From: a virus
Taxonomy: Duplodnaviria; Caudoviricetes
Strand: one strand, 5' to 3'
Virus record (IMG/VR): IMGVR_UViG_3300046522_000316
Span: 96,001 to 160,000 of that record
DNA length: 64,000 bases
Positions 1 to 8,614 of this stretch are shown here, piece by piece. Below the pieces are notes generated by a model, which was not told the DNA's origin, did no database searches, and saw nothing but the letters and a program-made list of their open reading frames with translations. Made by a program: the position numbers and the translations under genes. Each line of letters begins with the position of its first letter. Position 1 is the first letter of the stretch.

Positions 1-279
1 ATGCAAACTATCCTGAAATCCCCGTGCGGTCGTGACTTTGAAATTGCGCCGAAATCCCGCGAGCAATTTAACAAAGAATATATCGACGCCACCGAAATAG
101 AGCGCGAAAAGCTGTCGCCCAACGCCCCGGCGTTCCACGCGATGACTGTAGCGCCACGCTCCGCTTACGACCATTACAAAAGCTCGAACAATTATCACGA
201 ATGGAAAGACTTCAGCGTCGAGTGGCTGAACGTTTGCCAAATCGTGATCATCGGTTCCGAAGAAGAATTTCTCAATTAG
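1..279 (+). CDS. Hypothetical protein, may be truncated by window edge
   Basis: Open frame from position 1; codon usage matches neighbours. Confidence 0.55.
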   Translation: MQTILKSPCGRDFEIAPKSREQFNKEYIDATEIEREKLSPNAPAFHAMTVAPRSAYDHYKSSNNYHEWKDFSVEWLNVCQIVIIGSEEEFLN

Positions 280-292
280 GTAGCAATCCCCA

Positions 293-2398
293 ATGGCTGA
301 AAAGAAAGTGAAACCCAAGGCGAAGGCTGATCCAGCCGTCGAAGGGAAAAAGCTCAAGAAAACGAAAGTCGCTGAAGGCGTGGAAAAAACCACCAAAAAG
401 AAATCAGCATCGCAGGAAGATTTCACGATCCACGAAGGGCTGGCCGGTATCCGTGCGAAACCTTCCATGTACCTTGGCGAGCAAGGCGCACCGATGGCGT
501 ACCGCTGCCTGAAAGAAGGCGTGGATAACTGCTACGACGAACACATTGCCGGTCGCAACAAAGTAATCGAAGTTATTCTGGATTACGACACCGGTTGTTA
601 CATCGTGGCCGACCAAGCGGGCGGCATTCCTACCGATTTCATGAAGCTGAAATCTGGTGAGAAAATTTCGATCATGACTGCCGCGTATACCAAAACGCAC
701 GCAGGCGCAAAATTCAACGACAAGGCCTACAAAACTTCGGCAGGTACTCACGGTATCGGTATGTCCGCAGTTAACGCCGTGTCTGAGCGCATGCGTGTGT
801 GGACAACGTACAACGGCAAGCTGGCGACACAAACGTACAGCAAAGGCGAAATCGTTCCGGGGCCGAAAAAAGATTTGCATCCGTACATCGTCAAGGCGGT
901 GGACAAGGATGTAATGGGCCACCTGAAAGACAAGCTGCAAAAATACGGAACGATTGTCGCAATCGAACTGGATCAGACCGTCGTTTCTATCAACGCGAAA
1001 GCCGGTAAACTTCCGAAGACTTTCGAAGCGGCAGAACCGAACGCAACTGAAGTTGGCGTGTGGCTGAACAACGTCGCGATGCTCAACCCCGGTCTGGAAA
1101 TTCGTTTCTCCACGATCCGCAAGGGCAAGCGCAAAGACGAACTTTTCCTGAACAAAAAGGATTTGGCGTTCGTACCGAAAAACATGTGCGAATTGCGCGA
1201 CCTCACACCGCAGGGCAAGACGTTCATTTTCAAAAGCGACAACATCACTTGCGCGCTGGTTTGGTCTGACCACACCGACGCCGATAACTTCCTGACATTC
1301 GTGAACACTTCGCCAACCGTAGACGGTGGCTGGCACGTAACGGGTTTCACCGCTGCACTTTCCAAAGCCGTGAAAAAACACGTGCCGGAAAAGAAACCAG
1401 CGAAAGGAAAAGGCAAGTCGCAAGGTTACACCGGTTCCGACCTGCTGATCGGCCTGACGGGCATGTTCGACTGGCGTATGCACGGCGCTGCGTACACGTC
1501 GCAGGTAAAAGACAAACTCAGTTCGAAAGTGGACAAAGAAGTCGAAGACATTATGTTCCCGGCTTTCGATAAATACTTCACGGATAACCCGAAGGTCGCG
1601 AAAGACATTATCAAGCGCGCCTTGATCATGAACAAAGGCCGTGAAGAATTGGCCGCTGTCGTGAAATCCATGGCCGACGTGAAGAAACAAGGCAAGGGCA
1701 CACTGCCTGTCAAACTCGCACAGTCGCCACACTGCAAAGCGTGGGAACGTGAATTGTTTGTGGTGGAAGGGGATTCTGCAAAAGGCCCATCGGTTGACGC
1801 CCGCGACACGCACTATCAGGAAGTTTTGGCAGCTGGTGGTAAACCACTCAACGCCCTGAAAGCACCGATTGCGAAAATCATCACGCACAAAGATATTTCG
1901 GCATTCCTGATTGCCATCGGCGTTGATTTGAAATCGCTTGACCCGAAAGCAGAACGCCCGAAACTCAGCACCGAAAAATTGCGGATCAAATCCGTTCTGT
2001 TGCTGGTTGACCCTGACCCGGACGGCGGTCACATTGCGGTTCTTTATCTGGCCGTGATTTATCGTTTGCTTCCGGATCTGTTCAAAGAAGGCCGCGTGTT
2101 CTGCGTACAGGCGCCGCTTTATGCCGCGCTGGATTCGAAAGGTGCGCTTTACGGTGGTATGACCCACGCCGAGTGCCGTGGTGCTGCGCCGAAATCTGTA
2201 AAGGATCAGGACATTGTGCGTATCAAAGGTTGGGGGGAAGTTGGCCCGGAATATATCGGCCCGATTGCTTTCGATCCAAAATATCGCAAGCTGATTCAAA
2301 TCAACCCGTTCGCATCTGCTGCTGATGAACAGTGGTTCCGCGCCGTGGTTTCTGAAGACGCTGTGAACCGCCGTAAACTTCTCGGCCTTGAGGATTAA
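293..2398 (+). CDS. Type IIA DNA topoisomerase ATPase/TOPRIM subunit (GyrB/ParE-like)
   Basis: GHKL motifs EGVDNCYDE, DQAGGIP, HAGAKF, GTHGIGMSAVN; TOPRIM ELFVVEGDSA and DPDPDGGHI; C-terminal RIKGWGE. Confidence 0.95.
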   Translation: MAEKKVKPKAKADPAVEGKKLKKTKVAEGVEKTTKKKSASQEDFTIHEGLAGIRAKPSMYLGEQGAPMAYRCLKEGVDNCYDEHIAGRNKVIEVILDYDTGCYIVADQAGGIPTDFMKLKSGEKISIMTAAYTKTHAGAKFNDKAYKTSAGTHGIGMSAVNAVSERMRVWTTYNGKLATQTYSKGEIVPGPKKDLHPYIVKAVDKDVMGHLKDKLQKYGTIVAIELDQTVVSINAKAGKLPKTFEAAEPNATEVGVWLNNVAMLNPGLEIRFSTIRKGKRKDELFLNKKDLAFVPKNMCELRDLTPQGKTFIFKSDNITCALVWSDHTDADNFLTFVNTSPTVDGGWHVTGFTAALSKAVKKHVPEKKPAKGKGKSQGYTGSDLLIGLTGMFDWRMHGAAYTSQVKDKLSSKVDKEVEDIMFPAFDKYFTDNPKVAKDIIKRALIMNKGREELAAVVKSMADVKKQGKGTLPVKLAQSPHCKAWERELFVVEGDSAKGPSVDARDTHYQEVLAAGGKPLNALKAPIAKIITHKDISAFLIAIGVDLKSLDPKAERPKLSTEKLRIKSVLLLVDPDPDGGHIAVLYLAVIYRLLPDLFKEGRVFCVQAPLYAALDSKGALYGGMTHAECRGAAPKSVKDQDIVRIKGWGEVGPEYIGPIAFDPKYRKLIQINPFASAADEQWFRAVVSEDAVNRRKLLGLED

Positions 2399-2401
2399 AA
2401 A

Positions 2402-2704
2402 ATGCAAACCGAAATTACTTTGCAGCGCCTGCAACAAATGGTTGTGGACGCGCAACGCAACATCGAACAAAACCTGATGCCAGAAGTACGCATGCGCAGC
2501 ACTGACCCACGCGGCCCGCTGCCATCGTTCCCGAACCACACCGCAAGCGCCTGTCTGGAATCGCTGGAAAAACTCGCAGAGATTCACAAAGGCTACGTGA
2601 AATTCCTCGAAGAAAATCACGTGATGTTTGGCGAAGAACAGTGGAAACGCCTCGAAGCCGCGATGGATGAACTCGGCCTCGAATACCCGGAGGCGCAAGC
2701 TTAA
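2402..2704 (+). CDS. Hypothetical protein between the topoisomerase II subunits
   Basis: 100 aa ORF tightly packed between the two subunit genes. Confidence 0.7.
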   Translation: MQTEITLQRLQQMVVDAQRNIEQNLMPEVRMRSTDPRGPLPSFPNHTASACLESLEKLAEIHKGYVKFLEENHVMFGEEQWKRLEAAMDELGLEYPEAQA

Positions 2705-4297
2705 ATGGCAAAGGTGAAAACGAAAGAAGTAGCGAAGGTTAAAAAATCTTCGCTCACGAAAATGAGCAAGACGGAAGTAGCGAAATCGCCGGTGATTAAA
2801 TTCGTCACCGTCGCACGCGAAACCAAAATGCAAACCATCAACGAATTTTCTGATGGCGCCCTGCATATCTACGGTTCCTACGTGGTGGAAGATCGGGCCG
2901 TTCCCGACTTCCGCGATGGTCTGAAACCAGTTCACCGCGCCGTGTTGTGGGCACTCGATGGCCTCGGCCTGCATCACCACAAAGGTTTCAAGAAATCGGC
3001 GCGTACAGTCGGTGACGCAATCGGTAAATATCACCCGCACGGTGACAGCGCTTGTTATGGCGCAATGGTGACGATTGCAAATAGCAACCCGCCGCTGGTG
3101 TGGGGCCAAGGTGGCTGGGGCAAACCGGATGGCACGACCGCATCCGCATATCGTTACACCGAAGCGAAGAAATCGAAATTTGCTGATACCTTTTTGCTCG
3201 ATCAGCAATATCTGAAAGTTGTTCCGATGGAAAACAACTTTTCGAACGATGAAAAACTTCCGCTGTATCTGCCTGCGCTGCTGCCTACGCTTTTGTTCCT
3301 CACATCGACGCCGCCCCCGGCCTACGGTGTGAAAGTCGGCAACCCTGCGTTCTCGGTCGCCACGGTTTCGAAAGTCGTGGTCGATATGCTCAACGGCAAA
3401 ACGTACACCGCGAAGAAATTGGCGGAAACGTTGAAAATTGTTCACCCGTTCGGCTGCATCGACGTTTCGTCTGACGCGGCAATCGAAGACCTCATGGCGA
3501 CCGGTAAAGGTTCCGTGCAGTACATGCCGCTGATTGATTACGATATCGAAAAGCGCATCATTCGAATTCGTTCGTTCTGTCCGGGCACGCTGACCGGCGA
3601 AGAGGGTTTGGACAAAGCTCTGCAAAAGCTGGCGAATATCGACGGCGTGAAAAACGCGTCGAATACTTCCGGCAAAAAGAACAAACACGCTGGCCCATAC
3701 GGCGCGCATCTGGAAGTAGCTTGTCCGAAAAACATGGACGAAGAATCTTTCGATGAAGTATGCGCGAAAGTAGACAAAGCGGTGAAAAGTTCCGTCGCTT
3801 ATCGACTGGGTATCACGATCCGGAAATCCGGTGAAGAAACCAACCGCTTCAAATACGTGAACTACGTCGAATATTTCACGGCGTGGATCAAGTACCGGGT
3901 CAAGCTCGAAGAACGCCTGATCGACTTCCTGCTGGCGAAGGCTGCGCGTGAATTGCACTTGAACGAAGTGTATTTGTACGCGGTGCAGAATCGTGAAAAA
4001 TTGCTGAAAGCGTTGCCGAAAGTTCTGGCGTCGAAAACCCCGGCTGAAGTGCTGGCGAAGACTCTGAAAATGCCGGTGCCTGATGCGGAAATCATCCTTG
4101 AACGGAAAGTGCGCCAATTGGCAGCGCTGGAAGAATCCGATCTGAAGGCCAAGATCAAAAACATCAAGGGCGAAATCAAGGATTTGAAATCCGACCAGAA
4201 AGAACCGGGCAAGCGTGCTGCGCGTGACACAACCGAGCGCGTGAAAAACTACCTGAAGAAACCTGACCCGACTGTTTCGGGCATCAAGGTTGAGTGA
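2705..4297 (+). CDS. Type IIA DNA topoisomerase breakage-reunion subunit (GyrA/ParC-like), no C-terminal pinwheel
   Basis: RAVPDFRDGLKPVHR, KSARTVG, YHPHGDS, catalytic AYRYTE; only 530 aa. Confidence 0.95.
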   Translation: MAKVKTKEVAKVKKSSLTKMSKTEVAKSPVIKFVTVARETKMQTINEFSDGALHIYGSYVVEDRAVPDFRDGLKPVHRAVLWALDGLGLHHHKGFKKSARTVGDAIGKYHPHGDSACYGAMVTIANSNPPLVWGQGGWGKPDGTTASAYRYTEAKKSKFADTFLLDQQYLKVVPMENNFSNDEKLPLYLPALLPTLLFLTSTPPPAYGVKVGNPAFSVATVSKVVVDMLNGKTYTAKKLAETLKIVHPFGCIDVSSDAAIEDLMATGKGSVQYMPLIDYDIEKRIIRIRSFCPGTLTGEEGLDKALQKLANIDGVKNASNTSGKKNKHAGPYGAHLEVACPKNMDEESFDEVCAKVDKAVKSSVAYRLGITIRKSGEETNRFKYVNYVEYFTAWIKYRVKLEERLIDFLLAKAARELHLNEVYLYAVQNREKLLKALPKVLASKTPAEVLAKTLKMPVPDAEIILERKVRQLAALEESDLKAKIKNIKGEIKDLKSDQKEPGKRAARDTTERVKNYLKKPDPTVSGIKVE

Positions 4298-4304
4298 GGT
4301 CAAC

Positions 4305-4820
4305 ATGAGCAAAGAAAAAATCTACGTGCATGATTCGTCGATTGATTTCAACCTGATCGTGTACTGTTTCATGCGTGCGTATCACCTGCCGCAAATCGAA
4401 GGGCAGGAATTCCCGTTGAAAGATACGTGGTTCGCAATTCCTGCTGTGAAGCACGGCCCGATTGTCAGTCTGGTGAATCCGAATATCGAACTGACGGCGC
4501 TGATGATGATCGACGAAGAGGGCCGCGTGGTGAAAGCTGCGCGGGTAAACCCCAACATCGCGCCAACCCTGAGCGAATTCGAACTGAACGAAATTCGCAA
4601 AGAAATGTTCGACATTCCGATGTGGGAAAAGACGCAGCAGAAATCTTTCCCTTACGACACGATGTTCGACAAAGCTTTGGTGGCGACTCGCTTCAAAGAA
4701 TCCGGCGCTACACAAGCGACCGCGATGAACATTGATTCGAGCAACATCACCTATCAAGAAATTCGCAAGAAAGTGCAGCCGCGTCCGTGTACGACGTGTG
4801 GCGGGAGCAAGAAACGATGA
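4305..4820 (+). CDS. Hypothetical protein with C-terminal CxxC
   Basis: GAGGT RBS then ATG at 4305; ends CTTCGGSKKR. Confidence 0.7.
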   Translation: MSKEKIYVHDSSIDFNLIVYCFMRAYHLPQIEGQEFPLKDTWFAIPAVKHGPIVSLVNPNIELTALMMIDEEGRVVKAARVNPNIAPTLSEFELNEIRKEMFDIPMWEKTQQKSFPYDTMFDKALVATRFKESGATQATAMNIDSSNITYQEIRKKVQPRPCTTCGGSKKR

Positions 4821-5299
4821 ACACCGATTTCAACCCGGCTTCGAATTTGTACGATGAACTACGCCGGGTTTTGGGGATTGCAGCCGATCAAGAAATTCCG
4901 TTCGCTGCAATCCGTGAACGTTTCGCGAAAAAGAACGTGCCTGAATTGCCGGTGGCCTATATCGCACTGGCACTTCAAACGTATCCGAGCATGTATCAAG
5001 ACGGGATGATTTCGCCGGGCCAAGCGGACGCGATGTTTGCGCAAGGCTCTGCGATTTCGAATTACATCGACAACGTTCTGTCACAGGAACATCCGATGGA
5101 TAAACGTTTCCTGTTGCGCTACATGGAACAGGTCTGCATGCAGCTGGGCAACACCCGGCAAACAAGCGTCGGGTTCGGCCACGTAATCGTTTATAATCGC
5201 GAACCGTTTGTTGGTGAAGGATTCGAAACGTTCGACAATTCCCTGTACGTTCCGCCGCTGACCGGGTACTGGGCAATCGTCAAGCGAAAGGAAAACTAA
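4817..5299 (+). CDS. Hypothetical protein
   Basis: ATGA overlap with upstream stop. Confidence 0.7.
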   Translation: MNTDFNPASNLYDELRRVLGIAADQEIPFAAIRERFAKKNVPELPVAYIALALQTYPSMYQDGMISPGQADAMFAQGSAISNYIDNVLSQEHPMDKRFLLRYMEQVCMQLGNTRQTSVGFGHVIVYNREPFVGEGFETFDNSLYVPPLTGYWAIVKRKEN

Positions 5300-5345
5300 A
5301 CTGTAAATATATGGCAGGACAACGAATAATTGACTGCCATATTCC

Positions 5346-5615
5346 GTGAGGTGTGCGGTGAATACATACAGCTTGCGTCGATTGCTGGTTCAAGTAGAAC
5401 TCGCCATGGAAATGGGAAAAGCTTACGGCGAATCCGAAGAGGTAATCGCGGATAAAATGCGACACGCCGCGAAGTGTTCCATTGTGAACGGCCATATCCC
5501 ACGCGAAACGTTTGCTTATGCAGAAATGTTTATGCAGGCCAGTGACCCGGCTGCGTGTTTGCGTGGTGCCCGCCGATTGTTTAATCCGAATCCGTTTTAC
5601 GCGGGCCTCGTATGA
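5346..5615 (+). CDS. Hypothetical protein (start may be GTG 5358)
   Basis: ORF after motif at 5298; GAGGTG before 5358. Confidence 0.6.
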   Translation: MRCAVNTYSLRRLLVQVELAMEMGKAYGESEEVIADKMRHAAKCSIVNGHIPRETFAYAEMFMQASDPAACLRGARRLFNPNPFYAGLV

Positions 5616-6022
5616 AAATCATTCTGGCGACGGTTAATCGAGTTCGTAAAGGGGAAACCTTTTTGGAATCGGTGAACATGGAAGGCCCCGGCGCACAGCC
5701 TTTGTTGATCCAGCTGTTTCAGGATCGCGGCCACATGCTGATCACACACCACAAAGGGAAAACTGTTTTTCATAATTCAGAACTACTCGACGTTATGCCC
5801 GAGGTTGCCGACCGCGTACCGAAAGGGAAAGCCGCTGTCGGTTCTGTCGGAACGCACACGTTTGTTGTGGTGCCTTACGCAAAAGAACGGTTGGTTACTG
5901 CGTTAATTCGCAGCGCCCGCGCCTTCCGTATGGTGCGCAAGCCTGTACGGATAATCGACAACGTTGGCGACTTGCTGAATACACACGCGGAATTGCCAAG
6001 CGATCCCCGCTTCAAGGATTAA
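5612..6022 (+). CDS. Hypothetical protein
   Basis: ATGA-coupled 136 aa ORF. Confidence 0.65.
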   Translation: MKIILATVNRVRKGETFLESVNMEGPGAQPLLIQLFQDRGHMLITHHKGKTVFHNSELLDVMPEVADRVPKGKAAVGSVGTHTFVVVPYAKERLVTALIRSARAFRMVRKPVRIIDNVGDLLNTHAELPSDPRFKD

Positions 6023-6024
6023 CC

Positions 6025-6861
6025 ATGACTCTTTTATCAGTGGATGGCACGAACACAATGCACCGGGCGTATCACGCTATTCGCCCGTTGAGTTACCGGG
6101 GATTTCCCACGCACGTGATTAGCGGGTATTTTTCGATCCTGCGTTCCAATCTGAAAATCACGGGTGCGAAATTCTGCCTGAACTCGTTTGACCGCCCCGG
6201 TAGAAATTTCCGGCATGAATTGCTGGATAACTACAAAGGCGACCGTCCAAAAGACGAAGAGAAAAGTAAATCCATTGCAAAACAGTTGCCGGTGATTGTG
6301 GAACTGCTGGACGCGATGGGGTTTGCGATATTCGGGCGCGTCGGCGTAGAAGCTGACGACGTGATTGGTTCGACTGCTGCGAATTACACGGGCGGTCTGG
6401 CCTATATCCTTTCCAGCGACAAAGATTTCGCGCAGGAATTGATTCACAAACACGTTCGCCTGATCAATCCGAACAAACAGATGACCATTAGCCGTAAAAA
6501 CTGTAAAGAAATATACGGGGTTGAAGCAAAACGAATGATCGACTTCCTAATGCTGGATGGGGATAAGGTCGATTGCATTCCGGGTATTCCCGGCGTTGGC
6601 GGCAAAACCGCAATCAAGCTGATTGAGGAATTCGGAAAGGCGGAAAACATTCCCCATGACCGGTTTCCAAAGAAGGCGCGAGAAACTGTAAATACAAAGA
6701 AGATTCTGAAACTCAATCGACAGCTTGTAACCATACGGCACGACCTGTACGATGCGAATAAGGAATTGGATTTATCAATTTCTAAAGTGAACGTGAAAGC
6801 ATTCACGCGCATTTGCGATAAATATGGATTGGACTCGTTGAAAAAGTCCGTCCTGAAGTAA
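6025..6861 (+). CDS. 5'-3' exonuclease / flap endonuclease (Pol I N-terminal, T5 FEN-like)
   Basis: LLSVDG, FDRPG..FRH...YKGDR, EADDVIG, SSDKDF, GDKVDCIPGIPGVGGKTA helix-3-turn-helix. Confidence 0.92.
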   Translation: MTLLSVDGTNTMHRAYHAIRPLSYRGFPTHVISGYFSILRSNLKITGAKFCLNSFDRPGRNFRHELLDNYKGDRPKDEEKSKSIAKQLPVIVELLDAMGFAIFGRVGVEADDVIGSTAANYTGGLAYILSSDKDFAQELIHKHVRLINPNKQMTISRKNCKEIYGVEAKRMIDFLMLDGDKVDCIPGIPGVGGKTAIKLIEEFGKAENIPHDRFPKKARETVNTKKILKLNRQLVTIRHDLYDANKELDLSISKVNVKAFTRICDKYGLDSLKKSVLK

Positions 6862-6931
6862 ACGCGGGAACCATACCTGCAAACCACCCGGCAATAACGC
6901 CGACCATGCTGGAAAGTAAAGAGAGAAAATC

Positions 6932-7513
6932 ATGACCGAAGTAGCCGTAGTAAAACTGTCGAAGAACGAAACCGCCGCTGTCAAAGCCGTTGCCGCTGCT
7001 GCCAAAACTCTGGAAGGCCTGAAAGCCGACCTGAAAACCGCGCAGACCGTTGTTCGCTCGAACGCCAAGCTGGCTCTGACCACCGCGCCGAAAGTCGTGA
7101 GCAATCTGCAAAAGAACGTCGGTTCCGTCGTTGAAACTCTGCAACAGGCCGTACTGGCCGCGACCACCGAACTGAACGACGCGAAAACCGCGCTGACCAA
7201 CGTTCGTTCGACCGAAAAAGCAGAAGCCGCGCAGAAAGCAAAAGACGCCAAAGCCAAACAACGCGAAGCCGACAAAGCAGCCGCTGCCAAAAACAAAGCC
7301 GCCAATGCCAAGCCTGCTGCCGCCGCTGTCGTTGCCGCACCGGTCGTGAAAGCTCCGAAAGCAAAAGCTGTTGCTGCCCCGGCTGCTGCCAAAGCTCCGA
7401 AAGCAAAAGCTGCTGCCCCGGTTGCCAAAGCTCCGAAAGTTGCCAAGGCGCCGAAAGCTGCCGCTGTTGTTGCTGCGCCGAAAGCCAAAGCTGCGAAAGC
7501 TGCAAAGGCATAA
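6932..7513 (+). CDS. Histone H1/AlgP-like Ala-Lys-rich basic protein
   Basis: Helical N-terminus, C-terminal KAPKAKA repeats; strong RBS-like context and own terminator. Confidence 0.7.
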   Translation: MTEVAVVKLSKNETAAVKAVAAAAKTLEGLKADLKTAQTVVRSNAKLALTTAPKVVSNLQKNVGSVVETLQQAVLAATTELNDAKTALTNVRSTEKAEAAQKAKDAKAKQREADKAAAAKNKAANAKPAAAAVVAAPVVKAPKAKAVAAPAAAKAPKAKAAAPVAKAPKVAKAPKAAAVVAAPKAKAAKAAKA

Positions 7514-7549
7514 GCCTTAGATCCGTAGCGGGTCTGTAGCAAAACCGAA

Positions 7550-7577
7550 AGCGGCCTAGAAATAGGTCGCTTTTTTT
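7550..7577 (+). terminator. Rho-independent terminator
   Basis: AGCGGCCTA-gaaa-TAGGTCGCT then T7. Confidence 0.85.
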
Positions 7578-7596
7578 ATTTCTGCGGGAGAAAAAC

Positions 7597-8397
7597 ATGT
7601 TCAACGCTAGCGGAATTGTTCAAAACATTCTGAGTGGCAGCGTCACCTATTCTGAATTGCTGCGCGATATCGCCACTGTGCAGCAAATGAGTTCCAACGC
7701 CATCGGTGCAGATTACATTGTCAACATGCTGGCCGCTCTCGGTTGCCGTCTTTCTCTCGACGGTGAAAAACTTATCACCGTTCCTTTTGATGCCAGCGTT
7801 ACCGTTACAACTCCGAATCACATGCGTGCGGCTGGGAATGATCTTCCATTCATCAAATCCGAACCGTTCGTGTTGCTGCCAAACTGGCAGGATCTTTATG
7901 CACGCGTCGAAGTTATGCTGCCCGGCAAAACCGAATCGCTGTTGGTAATCGCCTATCGCGAAACCCTGAACATGCAAAACACGTTCGCCGCGCAAGGTCG
8001 CCGCGTTCCATCGCAAATGGTTTGCTTCCCTGTCATGTCGTTGAATGACGGCAAGGTCAAACTAGCGCGCATGTCGCTTTTCAGTTTCATGAAAGGTTCT
8101 GCGGCCTTCTTGAATGGTGGCGCCTGCACCATCGTCGGCCATCACGCACGCAAACGCATTCAAGCGTGCGCCGCGCAACTGAATCACAGCCATGACCCGG
8201 TTAAAGCAATGGCCGAGGCCGAACAGGCGTTGAATGCATTGCGCGCCGACTACCAACAGCCGAACACCCTTACATATGAACAGGGCTGCATGCTGCGTAC
8301 CTTGCTGGACACGCGCAAACGCAATGCAAAGGCCATTCAGGCGGGTATGGGCACCATTCATAACGAACCAAAGGGGCAAGGCGCTAATGGCGCTTGA
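7597..8397 (+). CDS. Hypothetical protein
   Basis: 266 aa ORF with GGGAG RBS. Confidence 0.75.
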   Translation: MFNASGIVQNILSGSVTYSELLRDIATVQQMSSNAIGADYIVNMLAALGCRLSLDGEKLITVPFDASVTVTTPNHMRAAGNDLPFIKSEPFVLLPNWQDLYARVEVMLPGKTESLLVIAYRETLNMQNTFAAQGRRVPSQMVCFPVMSLNDGKVKLARMSLFSFMKGSAAFLNGGACTIVGHHARKRIQACAAQLNHSHDPVKAMAEAEQALNALRADYQQPNTLTYEQGCMLRTLLDTRKRNAKAIQAGMGTIHNEPKGQGANGA

Positions 8398-8422
8398 CCC
8401 TATGAAGGCCCTTTGATACCTT
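8394..8422 (+). promoter_or_regulatory. Host sigma70-type promoter with extended -10
   Basis: TTGACC-N17-TACCTT, TG at extended -10 position; near copy on minus strand at 63127-63156. Confidence 0.6.
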
Positions 8423-8614
8423 AAAGGCCTTCCGTAACGTTTTGTGCCTGATGCATTAGCGCTCACGGAATAAGGGAAGTTTGTAGTTGCTGCCTTATAT
8501 AGGCATGCGCCACCGCCTGTTCTGCGATGTGCGTTTGCCGTTGGTAGTTCGCCGCCCTCGGCAAAAAATGCACAGTCGATAAACGACACTAACGAAATTT
8601 GGAAAGTTGGAGAT

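Noticed and set aside
404-4312. 1302 aa minus-strand ORF, and similar long antisense ORFs (8495-10600, 23682-25346, 54963-56795, 57831-60389)
   Set aside because: They shadow well-supported plus-strand genes, have Phe/Arg/Val-rich antisense composition, no motifs or RBS; explained by codon bias
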